A stretch of DNA of 64,000 bases from an uncultured Rubripirellula sp. (GCA_938085445.1 CALKGR010000001.1:96001-160000), one strand, 5' to 3'. Counted from the first letter of the stretch, positions 39,473-50,799 are shown. Program-made: numbers and translations. The notes: generated by a model not told the origin, from the sequence alone.

Positions 39473-40309
39473 ATGTTGCGGCGACCCCTTCGCTCTTTCC
39501 GCCGCCATCTGCTTGATCGGATGGTACTGCGACCATCGCAGCACCCCATTCACGCACCGACTCAGGAAAGAGTGATACTGCCATGCAAGACTGAAACCAT
39601 TGAGTGCTTTGTGCAGCAGAGCCACCATGGTTCTGAGCCGCCTGAGCTACTGATACTAAAATTCCCCGGAACGGCGGGCCGAGCCGAACGCTCTTCCTCG
39701 TTTCCTGTAAACCTGCTGGACAACCAACGAACCGCCATTTGGACCTGGAATCCTCCTGGCTACGGGGGCAGCAGCGGGCAAGCCAGTCTTGCAGCCATAG
39801 CCCGGGCTGGCTCAGCTTTCTGGCAAACGATTACCGAACAACATGCTGGTCCAAATACTTCCATTTGGTTGTGTGGTAATAGCCTCGGCTGCGCGACAAT
39901 TCTTCATATCGCTGCCAAGCACACTCCAGATCCAACATGCACAGGCTTGATCCTTCGAAATCCTCCCCCTTTGAAGCGTGTTATCAAAAGAGCAGCCAAT
40001 CCTTATCCACACTTCGGTCTTATCAATCCAGTGATTGCTGATTTATGCGATTCCATGGACACAATGAAAACCGCTCCAAAAGTCAATCTGCATGCAGTGA
40101 TTTTGCAATCTGAACTCGACACACTTGTGCCCATTGATTTTCAGAATGAAATGCTGGAAACCTATGGTGGACCATTACGAAAAGTCCTTCTAAAAGGTAT
40201 TGATCACGATGGTCTTTCCACGGATCGCCACAAGTCTGCTATTTGCGACAGCGTACGCTGGCTTTGGAAACATACGCGTCCTACCAACGAGCCTCTCGGG
40301 GCTAATTGA
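39473..40309 (+). CDS. Alpha/beta hydrolase
   Basis: NPPGYGGS, GNSLG, DTLVP, GIDHD. Confidence 0.82.
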   Translation: MLRRPLRSFRRHLLDRMVLRPSQHPIHAPTQERVILPCKTETIECFVQQSHHGSEPPELLILKFPGTAGRAERSSSFPVNLLDNQRTAIWTWNPPGYGGSSGQASLAAIARAGSAFWQTITEQHAGPNTSIWLCGNSLGCATILHIAAKHTPDPTCTGLILRNPPPLKRVIKRAANPYPHFGLINPVIADLCDSMDTMKTAPKVNLHAVILQSELDTLVPIDFQNEMLETYGGPLRKVLLKGIDHDGLSTDRHKSAICDSVRWLWKHTRPTNEPLGAN

Positions 40310-40324
40310 TCACCATCATTAAGC

Positions 40325-40819
40325 ATGATTGAAACACATATTCGAAAAGCCGTCACGAATGACGCCACTGCAATCGCTGACATCTACAACCACCATATAG
40401 AAATTGGTGGATCGACCTTTGATACGCAGCTTTGGGCATCGGTCGACGTAGGCAAGCTCATTGAAAAGCCGATCCCCGATGCATGGTTCGTCGCTGAATC
40501 AAAAGACCAGATTCTGGGCTGGTCAGCTACCAGGCCTCACAGCAAACGTCATGGCTATCGCTACACCTGTGAGACTGCAATTTACTTGCATCCGACTTCG
40601 ACAGGACGCGGTATTGGAGATCTGCTTCAGAAACAGATCGAAGAGCACTGTCGCGAGGTAGGATTACACCACGCAGTTGCCAAAATAATTAGCGACAATC
40701 ACCGAAGCATATCATTCCACCAACGACACGGTTACGAGATCGTCGGCGTGCAAAAGGAAATCGGACGTATGCAAGATCGATGGTGTGATGTCACAATCAT
40801 GCAAAGAATCTTTCACTAA
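40325..40819 (+). CDS. GNAT N-acetyltransferase (phosphinothricin/methionine-sulfoximine type)
   Basis: IADIYNHHI, E.AIYL...GRGIG, N..SI.FH..HGY..VG..KEIG....W.DV. Confidence 0.88.
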   Translation: MIETHIRKAVTNDATAIADIYNHHIEIGGSTFDTQLWASVDVGKLIEKPIPDAWFVAESKDQILGWSATRPHSKRHGYRYTCETAIYLHPTSTGRGIGDLLQKQIEEHCREVGLHHAVAKIISDNHRSISFHQRHGYEIVGVQKEIGRMQDRWCDVTIMQRIFH

Positions 40820-40880
40820 CGTCCAAAATCTGGCAGCGAATACAACCGCCAAAGCAGAGTAACCGGATCATGGTATCGGC

Positions 40881-41897
40881 TCAGCGACTGGCAGACCGCG
40901 CTTCAGCGAGCATGCTGACCATCTCAGGCAATATCAGCGACGCAGGCAAGGCATAACTCACGACGCGACCCGCGCGAGCGATATTGATCCCAATGACGTT
41001 ACCTTGAGTGTCCATGAGAGGTCCACCACACTCATCAGGATCTAGAACGGTGTCGTGCTGCATGACCTGGTCAAAACCTGAGAGGCGTACGTTTCGTGGC
41101 CCGTTGACTCGTGTATCACTCTCAGATTCTCGCATCACATTCAAATCACGTATGGAAGCATCTACATCCATGGTCGTTGAATCTTTTGCTTCATCACTCC
41201 GCGTGATTGTCAAGCGAACGCTTTCCCCTGGAAACATTCCACGCAGCGTTTCAATGACACCCAAACGACTACGCTCTTCTCGACCGTTGATAGCGACGAT
41301 CAAGTCTCCTTTCTTGATACCAGCCGCTTCAGCCCCACTATCAGGGAAGACGCCACGTACCAAAGCCCTACCCGTTCGATCATCCTGCAACAGGACACCA
41401 AGTCGTCCTTGATGAGAGATTCTGCGTGGCTTCGCCCCAATCACACCTAAACCGATTGGATTTGACTTTCGCCCAACACTGATAACAAAGCTCGCGACCG
41501 GTGGTGTCTTGCCAGCGAACCGAGCAGGAGTGAAGTTGAGATCCCCTTCGACTCTGAGCATCGCTAAATCGTTGGCTCGTCGCACGGCGGCGACTCGGGC
41601 CGGCAAGAGCTGTCCGTCGCTCAGTCGTACACGAATAGGATCTCCACTCAATTCACTACGCTTCGTCAGAATGAAGCCATCTTCGGCGACAATCGTTCCT
41701 AGGGCGACCGGTCGGTCACCACTGTAAACCTGAACAACAGAGCCAGAAATTTTCTCAGTTACTGGCCGAACCAGATTCATCATGGACGCATTATCACGTC
41801 GTGGAAGTGGCTCAAACTGAGCAAGTGAGGCCTGCCCACCGGTTGCCAATATGACGGCGAAGAAAACTAACGGAATTTTTTTTGCACCAGAGCTCAT
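40881..41897 (-). CDS. HtrA/S1C-like protein with internal PDZ and non-canonical catalytic residues
   Basis: GFILTKRSEL, NDLAML, PDZ (SGAEAAGIKKGD), then QHD...DECGGPL...VIGIN; start uncertain. Confidence 0.8.
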   Translation of the reverse strand: MSSGAKKIPLVFFAVILATGGQASLAQFEPLPRRDNASMMNLVRPVTEKISGSVVQVYSGDRPVALGTIVAEDGFILTKRSELSGDPIRVRLSDGQLLPARVAAVRRANDLAMLRVEGDLNFTPARFAGKTPPVASFVISVGRKSNPIGLGVIGAKPRRISHQGRLGVLLQDDRTGRALVRGVFPDSGAEAAGIKKGDLIVAINGREERSRLGVIETLRGMFPGESVRLTITRSDEAKDSTTMDVDASIRDLNVMRESESDTRVNGPRNVRLSGFDQVMQHDTVLDPDECGGPLMDTQGNVIGINIARAGRVVSYALPASLILPEMVSMLAEARSASR

Positions 41898-41958
41898 GCT
41901 ACTAATCACCATCTTGCACCAAACCGAATCTGAAATGTCGTAAAGTCTCTGCTTCCGT

Positions 41959-43113
41959 TTATTCGCCTCGCCCAATCACCACTCGAAAGAAGACGGGGCT
42001 TCCATCACGCTGACCACGCACGCGAACATTCTCGCCGGGCATCGTCTCGGCAACGGCATCTTTCAGTGATTGAAAATCTGTAATTTTGCGATCACCAAAC
42101 TCTCTGATAATATCCCCTTGCTGAATACCAGCTTTCTTTGCGGCTGAATCGGGACGAACGATATCGATCACTGCCTCCTCAGCTTGGGAGTTCCCTTGCA
42201 CTCCAAGTACCGGACGAAAACCGGGTAACGCACCCCATGAATCACCTGCCACCAGGCGCTCCCAGGAATTGATGTAGTTATCAATCGGGATATGCAAGTT
42301 TTCTTCAACATCGTTTCCGATGCGACTATGAATCGCGATTAGTTTGCCAGACAAATCAAACAAGGGTCCACCGCTATCACCCCCAATCAAAGCACAGTCA
42401 GTTCTCAATGCCGAACGATTAACACGCGCGATCCGCCCGACTCGCGTAACAACACCTCTGGTCTGGTCAAATCCACTTGGATGGCCTGTCGCGATACACC
42501 ACATGCCACGGGCCAGTTTGCTACTGTCGCCTAGCGTTGCATGAGGCCAATCTGCTCCCTCATTTTGGCCTGGACTTATCTGCAACATGCCCGCATCAAC
42601 ATTTTTGTTTAATCCGAGTGTCATCGCTTCCAAGCGACGTCCATTCGCCAGAATCACAGTAGCCGGCTTGTTGGGTCTCATCGCCACGTGAGCAGCAGTC
42701 AACACCTTGCCACCACCATCGATAATCACGCCACAGCCCTGCGCTTGCCCAATTTTAATGCTAACCGTGCATCGTTTCGCTGATGCCGAAATTTGTCCGA
42801 ATTGCTGTTCCAACAATTGAAGCTGTGCAAGAGACTTAGGGATCGCCCCTGCAGAGAGAATCTCCCGGAGATCTTCGGGGACGGGTATTTCCGTCTCTGG
42901 GGAATCTGCAATCAGAGTTGGAGCCACCGCGGGTGACTGAGCATCGGCCGTGACACCCATCGCTCCGAAGCCCAGAGAGATAACGACAATTGCCTTGGCA
43001 ATCAATTGCGGTTTGCCGACAACCGATGGTTTCGTAATGTAGTTTTGCAAAGCTGCCTCGAATCGCGACGCGAAGTTGGCGATCACGTACCTATCTGTTG
43101 GTACACTTCCCAT
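41959..43113 (-). CDS. HtrA/S1C serine protease with C-terminal PDZ
   Basis: LTAAHV, DAGML, GGDSGGPL, SAAKKAGIQQGD. The true start is probably downstream of 43113. Confidence 0.9.
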   Translation of the reverse strand: MGSVPTDRYVIANFASRFEAALQNYITKPSVVGKPQLIAKAIVVISLGFGAMGVTADAQSPAVAPTLIADSPETEIPVPEDLREILSAGAIPKSLAQLQLLEQQFGQISASAKRCTVSIKIGQAQGCGVIIDGGGKVLTAAHVAMRPNKPATVILANGRRLEAMTLGLNKNVDAGMLQISPGQNEGADWPHATLGDSSKLARGMWCIATGHPSGFDQTRGVVTRVGRIARVNRSALRTDCALIGGDSGGPLFDLSGKLIAIHSRIGNDVEENLHIPIDNYINSWERLVAGDSWGALPGFRPVLGVQGNSQAEEAVIDIVRPDSAAKKAGIQQGDIIREFGDRKITDFQSLKDAVAETMPGENVRVRGQRDGSPVFFRVVIGRGE

Positions 43114-43173
43114 TATAGCCTCTATTCAAGATCCCCGAAAAAGGGACCTTTACTAACTGGAAAACCACCTGAA

Positions 43174-44049
43174 ATGAGCGATGTTTCGGATCAAATCATG
43201 ATTTTCGGGTGCGGCTATCTGGGTCGCCGGGTCGCACAATTGGCAATCCGCGATGGAAATACGGTTTGGGCAACCACGCGCAAGAGCGGAAAACAGAGAG
43301 AACTTGCCAGCCAAGGAATTCTGCCGATTGTGGCCGATTGGACGGATCGAAGGTCGCTAATTGACCTGCCTGCAGTCAAACACGTCGTGATTTGTGTGAG
43401 CTATGACAGACAAAGCTATCACAATCGCTATGAATCACAGGTGGGCGGCCTTCGCAACCTACTGCACGCCCTCAGTCCTGACGCAAAGGTCTGCTATATC
43501 AGCACAACCGGCGTCTATCACCAACAAAGTGGTTTGTGGGTCGACGAAGCAAGCCCAACTCGGCCACTTCGCGATGGTGGTCGCGCACACCTGATGGCAG
43601 AATCTTTGTTGAATCGAATGCGCCCGAACTCACCATGGACAATTCTGCGACTTTCTGGCATCTACGGTCCCGGTAGAATTCCGCGTGCAGCGGACGTGAT
43701 CGCTGGAAGACCAATCGCCTCACCGCAGCACGGCTTCTTGAATCTAATCCACGTCGATGACGCTGCCGAAGCAGTCTGTTCGACTTTGCGAACACATACA
43801 CAGCGTTTGTACGTCGTCAGTGATGATCAGCCGGTCGTCCGATCGCAGTTTTATCAGGAAATTGCATACCAAACTCGCTCGAAAAAACCGCAGTTTGTGA
43901 CGCCAGACGCTCGTTCCCCGGTAATGATGAGGTCGGAAAGTAACAAACGGGTGTGGAACCGTAAAATGAAACGCGATTTGGTTTCCAAACTACGCTTTCC
44001 GACCTATCGGCATGGGCTGGCTGACCTTCTGTCGATCGGAAACCGCTGA
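43174..44049 (+). CDS. NAD-dependent epimerase/dehydratase (atypical SDR)
   Basis: IFGCGYLG, ISTTGVY, LRLSGIYGPGR, NLIHVDDAA. Confidence 0.88.
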   Translation: MSDVSDQIMIFGCGYLGRRVAQLAIRDGNTVWATTRKSGKQRELASQGILPIVADWTDRRSLIDLPAVKHVVICVSYDRQSYHNRYESQVGGLRNLLHALSPDAKVCYISTTGVYHQQSGLWVDEASPTRPLRDGGRAHLMAESLLNRMRPNSPWTILRLSGIYGPGRIPRAADVIAGRPIASPQHGFLNLIHVDDAAEAVCSTLRTHTQRLYVVSDDQPVVRSQFYQEIAYQTRSKKPQFVTPDARSPVMMRSESNKRVWNRKMKRDLVSKLRFPTYRHGLADLLSIGNR

Positions 44050-44173
44050 CAGCACAATGCACTCGAGAAAGCGACAAAATGTCGTGCGTTGGGTCTCACA
44101 ACGGTGGGCTACAGGCTTGAACCCCTTCCGCGTACAATGAAGCTAGATTCACTCCTATTTTACAACGAATACC

Positions 44174-44968
44174 ATGCTAACCCGTAAACCGATTTTCCCG
44201 GGAATTATTGAACTTAACTTCCAGGCTGGTGAAGTCCTCGGGTGCAATGTCTATCTTGTCTACGATGAAGACGAATGGATCTTGATCGACGTTGGCTACG
44301 AAGAAACAGTCGAGGACTTTGTAGAAATCATACGCCAAGTCGATTTTCCATTTTCTCGCTGCAAAACTCTGGTTGCCACACACGCGGATGTGGATCATAT
44401 CCAAGGACTCGCAAAAGCGAAGCAGTTGCTGAAGACTTCGGTCACCGCTCACCCGAATGCGGTAGCCCCCCTCCAATCTGGCGATACGCTGATCACGTTA
44501 GCCGAAATCGCAGCTCAGGATTTGAAGATGGCGATGCCTCCGGTTGAAATCGAGCACGAGGTCAATGACGGAGATGTCATCGAAGTGGGTTCGCTCAAGG
44601 TTGAGGTGTGGCACACCCCAGGTCATACCAACAGTCAATTGGCATTTCGGATTGGAGATATCCTGCTCAGCGGTGATAATATCTACCGTGACGGATGCAT
44701 CGGGGCCATCGACGCGCACCATGGAAGTGATATCAAAGCTTTTGTCTCATCACTCGAACGAATCCGAGACAGTGATGTGAAATGGTTGGCCCCAAGTCAT
44801 GGTCCAATCTTTGCAAAGAACCGCGATTTTCTTGATGCCACGATTCAAAGGGTGCGCGGCTACTTGCAGATGGCCGATTTCGGTACGCTCGCAGAAAGCT
44901 GGCCGCTCATGGATGAGTGGGATGAAGAAGTCGCCGCTGGAAAACTCCCAGACGGCTTGCCCCAGTAA
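44174..44968 (+). CDS. Metallo-beta-lactamase-fold hydrolase
   Basis: LIDVG, THADVDH, HTPGHT, SGD, PSHG. Confidence 0.88.
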   Translation: MLTRKPIFPGIIELNFQAGEVLGCNVYLVYDEDEWILIDVGYEETVEDFVEIIRQVDFPFSRCKTLVATHADVDHIQGLAKAKQLLKTSVTAHPNAVAPLQSGDTLITLAEIAAQDLKMAMPPVEIEHEVNDGDVIEVGSLKVEVWHTPGHTNSQLAFRIGDILLSGDNIYRDGCIGAIDAHHGSDIKAFVSSLERIRDSDVKWLAPSHGPIFAKNRDFLDATIQRVRGYLQMADFGTLAESWPLMDEWDEEVAAGKLPDGLPQ

Positions 44969-45441
44969 GGGCTACCGTGAAGGCTTGCAAGCTTTACCAA
45001 CTTTTCCCAGACATTGATTGCTCAAGGCTAAGAGTCCATTCGCGGAACTATCCTCAAAAGCGTTGCCAATCGCAGACATACAGGGCCTCGCGATACCTCG
45101 CTTACCACATGATCATGTTGCAACGAGTGTACCGATGGCAACGTTGCCAGGGATAATGACGACTCTCAATCCGTGATGCGTACATGCTTGGCAGTCGCGG
45201 CCAGCTTCGAACACTCATTTTCGTGCCGTGCTTGACTACTTTCCGGCTGTCATCATGCCTATTCCGGTCCTTTTTGATTAACATGGGACCTTTCAACACC
45301 GGATGCCGCTTTGCTGGATCCTGTGCATTGAGTGTGAAGTCGGTTCCAGATCCCGCTCACACAACCAATCATCACCTCGCTGCGTTACCTATTCATGACG
45401 CGTGAAAGGTGCGATTCCTTGTCTAGCCCTCAACCGCGTTT

Positions 45442-46467
45442 ATGACCAGCAAGCCTACCATCTGCTCAACACTTCCCCCTGCCCAAGAAGACTTATTTCT
45501 CGGCATCGATGTGGGTGGAACGAACGTCAAACTCGGGCTCATCGATGCCTCGGGCGCCGTGCGTGCCAAGGATGCTTTGGCAACGCCAGATTTTATAACA
45601 CCTGAACGAGTGTTTGACGCTGCAGTAGCTTTTGCTGACCGCGAATTATCTTCCCTGGAAGGCTGTAACTTCAAGTTGGCAGGTATTGGCTTGGCCGTTC
45701 CGGGGGTGCTTGATTCTCGAGAAGCAGTCCTGCGGGAAGTTGTGAATCTTCCTGAATGGCAAGGAAAACGGCTGCGGGAAATTCTCCGCCAGTCAAAAGA
45801 TCTGCCGAACGTCGTCGTGAATGATGCGAATTCAGCAGCCTACGCTGAACACGCATTAAGATCTCTGGGCCATAAATCACTCGCACTCGTAACGCTGGGA
45901 ACCGGCATCGGCTGTGGTTTGGTAATGAATGGTTCTCCGTACGGCGGTGACCATGGTTGCGCTGGCGAACTTGGGCACATCGCAATCAGATTTGGCAATG
46001 AAGCTCTTCCATGCACATGCGGAAAAATGGGCCATTTAGAAGCCTACGCCGGGTCAAAAGGAGTGGTCACACAATTGCACTCATTGGCGAGAACAACGAA
46101 CAACTCAAAGATCGCTTCATTACTGAAAACTGATAATGTTACTCCCAGAGACATTGCCACACTCGCTCAAGACGGCTGTGAACTATGCAACACAGTCATT
46201 GATCAGACCGCCAAGTACTTGGGGCAGGCAATCGGCCAAATGGCGCAGGTCATCGATCCAGCAGTGGTGTTACTAGGTGGAGCGATGACCTTTGGTGGCA
46301 GCCAATCCAATGTGGGGCAAAACTTTTTAACAACCGTACGGAATACGATTATCGCCACCACCCTCGAAGAGGTGGGTAGTCATTTGCAAGTCGAATTTGC
46401 TTCACTCGGTAATGATGCCGGTGTCATTGGAGCAGCCAAGGTCGCACAACAGGTAATTGCATCGTGA
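45442..46467 (+). CDS. ROK-family sugar kinase
   Basis: GIDVGGTNVK, NDANSAAYAE, TLGTGIG, GELGH, CTCG..GHLEAY. Confidence 0.92.
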   Translation: MTSKPTICSTLPPAQEDLFLGIDVGGTNVKLGLIDASGAVRAKDALATPDFITPERVFDAAVAFADRELSSLEGCNFKLAGIGLAVPGVLDSREAVLREVVNLPEWQGKRLREILRQSKDLPNVVVNDANSAAYAEHALRSLGHKSLALVTLGTGIGCGLVMNGSPYGGDHGCAGELGHIAIRFGNEALPCTCGKMGHLEAYAGSKGVVTQLHSLARTTNNSKIASLLKTDNVTPRDIATLAQDGCELCNTVIDQTAKYLGQAIGQMAQVIDPAVVLLGGAMTFGGSQSNVGQNFLTTVRNTIIATTLEEVGSHLQVEFASLGNDAGVIGAAKVAQQVIAS

Positions 46468-48389
46468 TTGAATTTCCCAATGAACGAATCCCTTGTAGCG
46501 TTTTCAATCGTGCATCTGACGCCAGTGTCGCAGCCGCAAGAGAAATCGCAGAACTGATAAGTGAAAAAGAAGAACGGGGACAGATGTGCGTCCTGGGGCT
46601 GGTCGCTGGATCTTCGCCTGTCAATGTTTACGATGAACTCGTGCGGATGCACCGAAGAGGCGAAATTTCTTTTGCCAATGTCATCACATTCAATCTTGAT
46701 GAATTTTTCCCCATGCAACCTCTTGAGTTGCAGAGCGTTGCTCGATTCATGCATGAGCATCTTTTCGATCTTGTTGACATCCAACCCTGCAACATTCACA
46801 TTCCTGATGGATCCATCCCCAAGGGGGATGTGGCTGAATACTGCCACCAATATGAACAGCTGATCCGTGATTGTGGCGGTATCGACATCCAGCTGCTCGG
46901 AATCAATCGCACCGGCCACATTGGCTTGAACGAGCCTGGATCAGACCGGGCAACGAGAACGCGAATGATTACCTTGGATACGGTGACGCGCACTGATGCC
47001 GCCAGTGACTTTTTTGGTACTGAGAATGTTCCTCGTTACGCAATCACGATGGGTGTGGGTACGATCCTTGAAGCAAAGCGTATCAAGCTACTTGCGTTTG
47101 GTGAGGGAAAAGCCGACATCGTAGCCAAGACAGTCGAAGGCTATGCGAACACGACGATCCCAGCCACATTCCTACAAGACCACCCAGATACACACTTCTT
47201 GCTCGATGAATCTGCTGCTTCTAGCCTGACCCGATCCCAAGCTCCGTGGCTTCTGGGTGAGGTCAATTGGGATTCCGCAACCATCAGGCGAGCCGTAATA
47301 GATCTATCACAAGAACTGGGTAAAGCCGTTCTCAAACTCACAGACGCGGACTACAACGAACAGGGCTTACAGGACCTGCTGGCAGCCCATGGAAATGCGT
47401 ACGACATAAACCTGCGAGTTTTTCGTCATATGCATTCGACAATCACTGGGTGGCCGGGTGGCAAACCAGAGCATGCAAAACAAGTGGGCGATCGCCCCGG
47501 GCATCGTGACGACATCTTTCCAAAACGCATCATCGTCTTCTCACCACATCCGGACGATGATGTCATTTCGATGGGCGGAACTTTGATCCGTCTGGTTGAA
47601 CAGGGGCATGAGGTCCACATTGCCTATCAAACTTCAGGAAACATCGCAGTCTTTGATGAAGACGCGATTCGGTTTGCCGAGTTTGTCGAGGACTTCTGTA
47701 ATGAGTTCCAAATTCACGCACCGGGCCTCGCCGAGTTGGAATCACACATTGATGAGGTTCTGCGAAAGAAACAACCAGGCCAAGTCGACAGTGATCAGGT
47801 GCAGCGTATCAAGGGTTTGATCCGGCGTGGAGAAGCACGCGAGGGCGCACGATGTTGTGGGGTCAAAGACGAACATCTGCATTTCCTAGACTTGCCGTTC
47901 TACCAAACTGGCCGCGTTAAAAAGAGTCCCATCTCGTCCGCGGATATCAACATAACATTGGACCTGCTTCGCCGAGTTCAACCTCATCAGATTTACGCTG
48001 CCGGTGACCTTTCTGATCCACATGGAACGCACCGCACCTGCCTGTCGGCGATCCTTCAATCCTGCAAGCAGTGTGAATTGGATGCTTGGTACGAGAGCTG
48101 TGCAATCTGGCTGTACCGTGGAGCGTGGCAGGAATGGCCTCCTCACCAAATCGAAATGGCCGTTCCACTGAGCCCGACCGAAGTTGCAAAAAAGCGGGCC
48201 GCCATCTTCAAACACGAATCTCAAAAAGACCGTGCTTTGTTCCCCGGATCCGACGTGCGGGAATTCTGGCAACGAGCAGAACAACGTAATGCTGATACCG
48301 CAAGAAGGTACGATGAAATTGGCTTGGCTGAGTATGCTGCAATCGAAGGCTTTGTCCGCTGGGATGGACAATCGGGCATCGAGCTTTAG
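46464..48389 (+). CDS. nagB: Glucosamine-6-phosphate deaminase fused to a PIG-L/LmbE-like domain
   Basis: GSSP, FNLDE, GGIDIQLLGI..GHIG.NEPGS, AITMGVGTI; C-terminal SPHPDDD, HESQKD. Confidence 0.92.
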   Translation: MIEFPNERIPCSVFNRASDASVAAAREIAELISEKEERGQMCVLGLVAGSSPVNVYDELVRMHRRGEISFANVITFNLDEFFPMQPLELQSVARFMHEHLFDLVDIQPCNIHIPDGSIPKGDVAEYCHQYEQLIRDCGGIDIQLLGINRTGHIGLNEPGSDRATRTRMITLDTVTRTDAASDFFGTENVPRYAITMGVGTILEAKRIKLLAFGEGKADIVAKTVEGYANTTIPATFLQDHPDTHFLLDESAASSLTRSQAPWLLGEVNWDSATIRRAVIDLSQELGKAVLKLTDADYNEQGLQDLLAAHGNAYDINLRVFRHMHSTITGWPGGKPEHAKQVGDRPGHRDDIFPKRIIVFSPHPDDDVISMGGTLIRLVEQGHEVHIAYQTSGNIAVFDEDAIRFAEFVEDFCNEFQIHAPGLAELESHIDEVLRKKQPGQVDSDQVQRIKGLIRRGEAREGARCCGVKDEHLHFLDLPFYQTGRVKKSPISSADINITLDLLRRVQPHQIYAAGDLSDPHGTHRTCLSAILQSCKQCELDAWYESCAIWLYRGAWQEWPPHQIEMAVPLSPTEVAKKRAAIFKHESQKDRALFPGSDVREFWQRAEQRNADTARRYDEIGLAEYAAIEGFVRWDGQSGIEL

Positions 48390-48453
48390 AGCTACCTGTG
48401 CTCGACAGCACAAACCAAAATAGAAAGCCATAACCAATCGGAAGGATCATTTG

Positions 48454-50799
48454 ATGAAGTCTCTCACCCGACGCATCACCCTGAAATTAATCGCCCTCGG
48501 AGGAGCATGCTTGGGTCTATCACGAACCATTCGTGGTGACGATAAGCTGTCGACCACTGACACCGCTCCTCTGGCGAATTCACCGGATCTTGATCCCACT
48601 GTGTCGTGGTCCAATACGCACGATCGCATCTGGCTGAGTTCCCGGATTTGGGCGAATCCAATGGAAGATTGGCAAGTCCGAGATGGAGCGGCAGAATGCC
48701 AAACCACCGGGGGAAATCGCAATCTGCATCTCATCACGCATCAATGGACTGATCCGAGTGGTACAGCTGAAATGCGTGTCTCGCTACAGAAAATCGGTGG
48801 CCAACAGAAAGATGCGGGGGCAGGTTTTCGAATCGGCACCAAGAGCGAACTGAATGAATATCGCAGCAACTGCTTTGCAAGTGGTGGAATCAATGCCGGA
48901 GTTCTCGAGGGGCAACTGGTACTGGGCCGCAAAACGGGTAACAAATCTGTCGAACTTGCTAATGAGACGACACTAAGACTATTGGCCCGTGGACTGGGGG
49001 CTCAGGTTGAACTCACGCTCATCGCTGAAACATCGTCCGGAAAAAAACTGGATCAACTGACCACAAGAGTTCAGTCCGAAGCGGTGCTTGGAAACGTTTC
49101 GCTTGTCAACAATTTCGACGCCAAACTGAAAAAAGGTCAAGGTGGGCGTTACCGCTTCAAAGATTGGTCAGCCACTGGAAACGCTTTCACCGTCGATGAA
49201 TCACGGCAATTCGGCCCGATCCTGTGGTCAATGTATTCCCTAAGTGATTCGCGTAGCGACGAGGGTTTCGTACTGAAGATCAGTGCTCTCACTGGACCAT
49301 TGGGAAAGCAGGACAACCAGAAGATTGAATTGCAGGTCAAAGTCGACGGTAACTGGAAATCGCTCGGCCATACAGCGCTGGACACTGATGCCTGGACCGC
49401 AACTTTCCGAATTCCTCATTGGAATGAGAAAGCCGTCACGCCGTACCGATTGGTGTACAGGGAACTGAAAACGGATGGTGTCGAAGAGGAGTCAATCTGG
49501 AGTGGCATGATCAAAGCCAATCCTGCAGGAAGACCGCTGAGAATCGGAGCATTGACGTGCCAAAATCATTACGGCTTCCCTTACGAGCCAGTAGCCAGAA
49601 ACATTGTCAAGCTTGATCCAGACCTGATTTACTTTTCCGGTGACCAGCTCTACGAAAGCCATGGCGGCTACGGCCTGATCCGTGATCCAGCTGAGCCGGC
49701 AATCCTGAACTATCTGCGCAAATACTACATGTTTGGATGGTCGTTTAGGGAAGCGATGCGTGACCGGCCGACGATCTGCATTGCAGACGACCATGATGTT
49801 TTCCAAGGTAACATCTGGGGCGAAGGTGGGGCTCCAATGGATGTCCAAACCGGTGGTGCTTCATCAAACGGTGGGTACAGAGAACCAGCGCGCATGGTAA
49901 ATGTCGTGCATAAGACGAATACAGCACATCATCCGGATGTCCATGACCCCACGCCTGTCCAACAGGGCATCAGTGTTTACTACGGTGACATGGTATACGG
50001 CGACGTGAGCTTTGCGATCCTTGGCGATCGGCAATTCAAAAGTGGGCCTCAGCATGTCGATACCGGCAGCGGCCGCGCAGACCATGTCAAAGACCAAAAT
50101 TTCGAAACATCTGTGCTGGATAAACAGGGGCTCCATCTGCTCGGCGTACGTCAGGAATCGTTCTTGAAGAAATGGGGTAAAGATTGGCGCGGTCACAAAA
50201 TGAAGATCCTGCTGAGCCAAACCGTATTTGCGGGAGTGGCAACTCACCATGGAAAATACGATGGCTATCTGAAAGCTGATCTCGACTCAGGGGGCTGGCC
50301 GCAAACGCCACGAGACCGAGCCATTGACATCCTGCGCGAATCAAAGGCCTTGCATATTAATGGAGACCAACACCTGACCTCGTTGTCGCAGTATGGAGTG
50401 GATCGTCAACGTGATAGCATGTGGTCTTTTTGCACACCAGCAATCGCCGCAGGCTACCCCCGTTGGTGGAGGCCAGATGAAGTTGGCATGCCACACCAAA
50501 AACGACCAGCACACGGTTTGGAAAATACCGGTGAATACCTCGACGGGTTCGGAAACATGATTTACGTTTACGCCGTTGGGAATCCAGAGGTGGGCACAAA
50601 AAAAAATCGCTATGAGAAGGCACATCAAAAAGGCAGTGGATTTGGCCTGGTAACGATCGACACCGAAGAAAGAACGTACCAGATCGACTGTTTCCGTTTC
50701 CTGATCGATGCGACAAATGGAAAACTTGAAAATCAATTTGCAGGCTGGCCAGTGACCATCCACCAACAGGAAAATGCTGGAGACAATATCATCGGATGA
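48454..50799 (+). CDS. Tat-exported PhoD-like metallophosphoesterase
   Basis: TRRITLK signal; [18 protein letters not shown]. Confidence 0.8.
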   Translation: MKSLTRRITLKLIALGGACLGLSRTIRGDDKLSTTDTAPLANSPDLDPTVSWSNTHDRIWLSSRIWANPMEDWQVRDGAAECQTTGGNRNLHLITHQWTDPSGTAEMRVSLQKIGGQQKDAGAGFRIGTKSELNEYRSNCFASGGINAGVLEGQLVLGRKTGNKSVELANETTLRLLARGLGAQVELTLIAETSSGKKLDQLTTRVQSEAVLGNVSLVNNFDAKLKKGQGGRYRFKDWSATGNAFTVDESRQFGPILWSMYSLSDSRSDEGFVLKISALTGPLGKQDNQKIELQVKVDGNWKSLGHTALDTDAWTATFRIPHWNEKAVTPYRLVYRELKTDGVEEESIWSGMIKANPAGRPLRIGALTCQNHYGFPYEPVARNIVKLDPDLIYFSGDQLYESHGGYGLIRDPAEPAILNYLRKYYMFGWSFREAMRDRPTICIADDHDVFQGNIWGEGGAPMDVQTGGASSNGGYREPARMVNVVHKTNTAHHPDVHDPTPVQQGISVYYGDMVYGDVSFAILGDRQFKSGPQHVDTGSGRADHVKDQNFETSVLDKQGLHLLGVRQESFLKKWGKDWRGHKMKILLSQTVFAGVATHHGKYDGYLKADLDSGGWPQTPRDRAIDILRESKALHINGDQHLTSLSQYGVDRQRDSMWSFCTPAIAAGYPRWWRPDEVGMPHQKRPAHGLENTGEYLDGFGNMIYVYAVGNPEVGTKKNRYEKAHQKGSGFGLVTIDTEERTYQIDCFRFLIDATNGKLENQFAGWPVTIHQQENAGDNIIG

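Noticed and set aside
44969..45441. Short ORFs between the MBL and ROK genes
   Set aside because: They conflict with each other and lack an SD or protein-like features.
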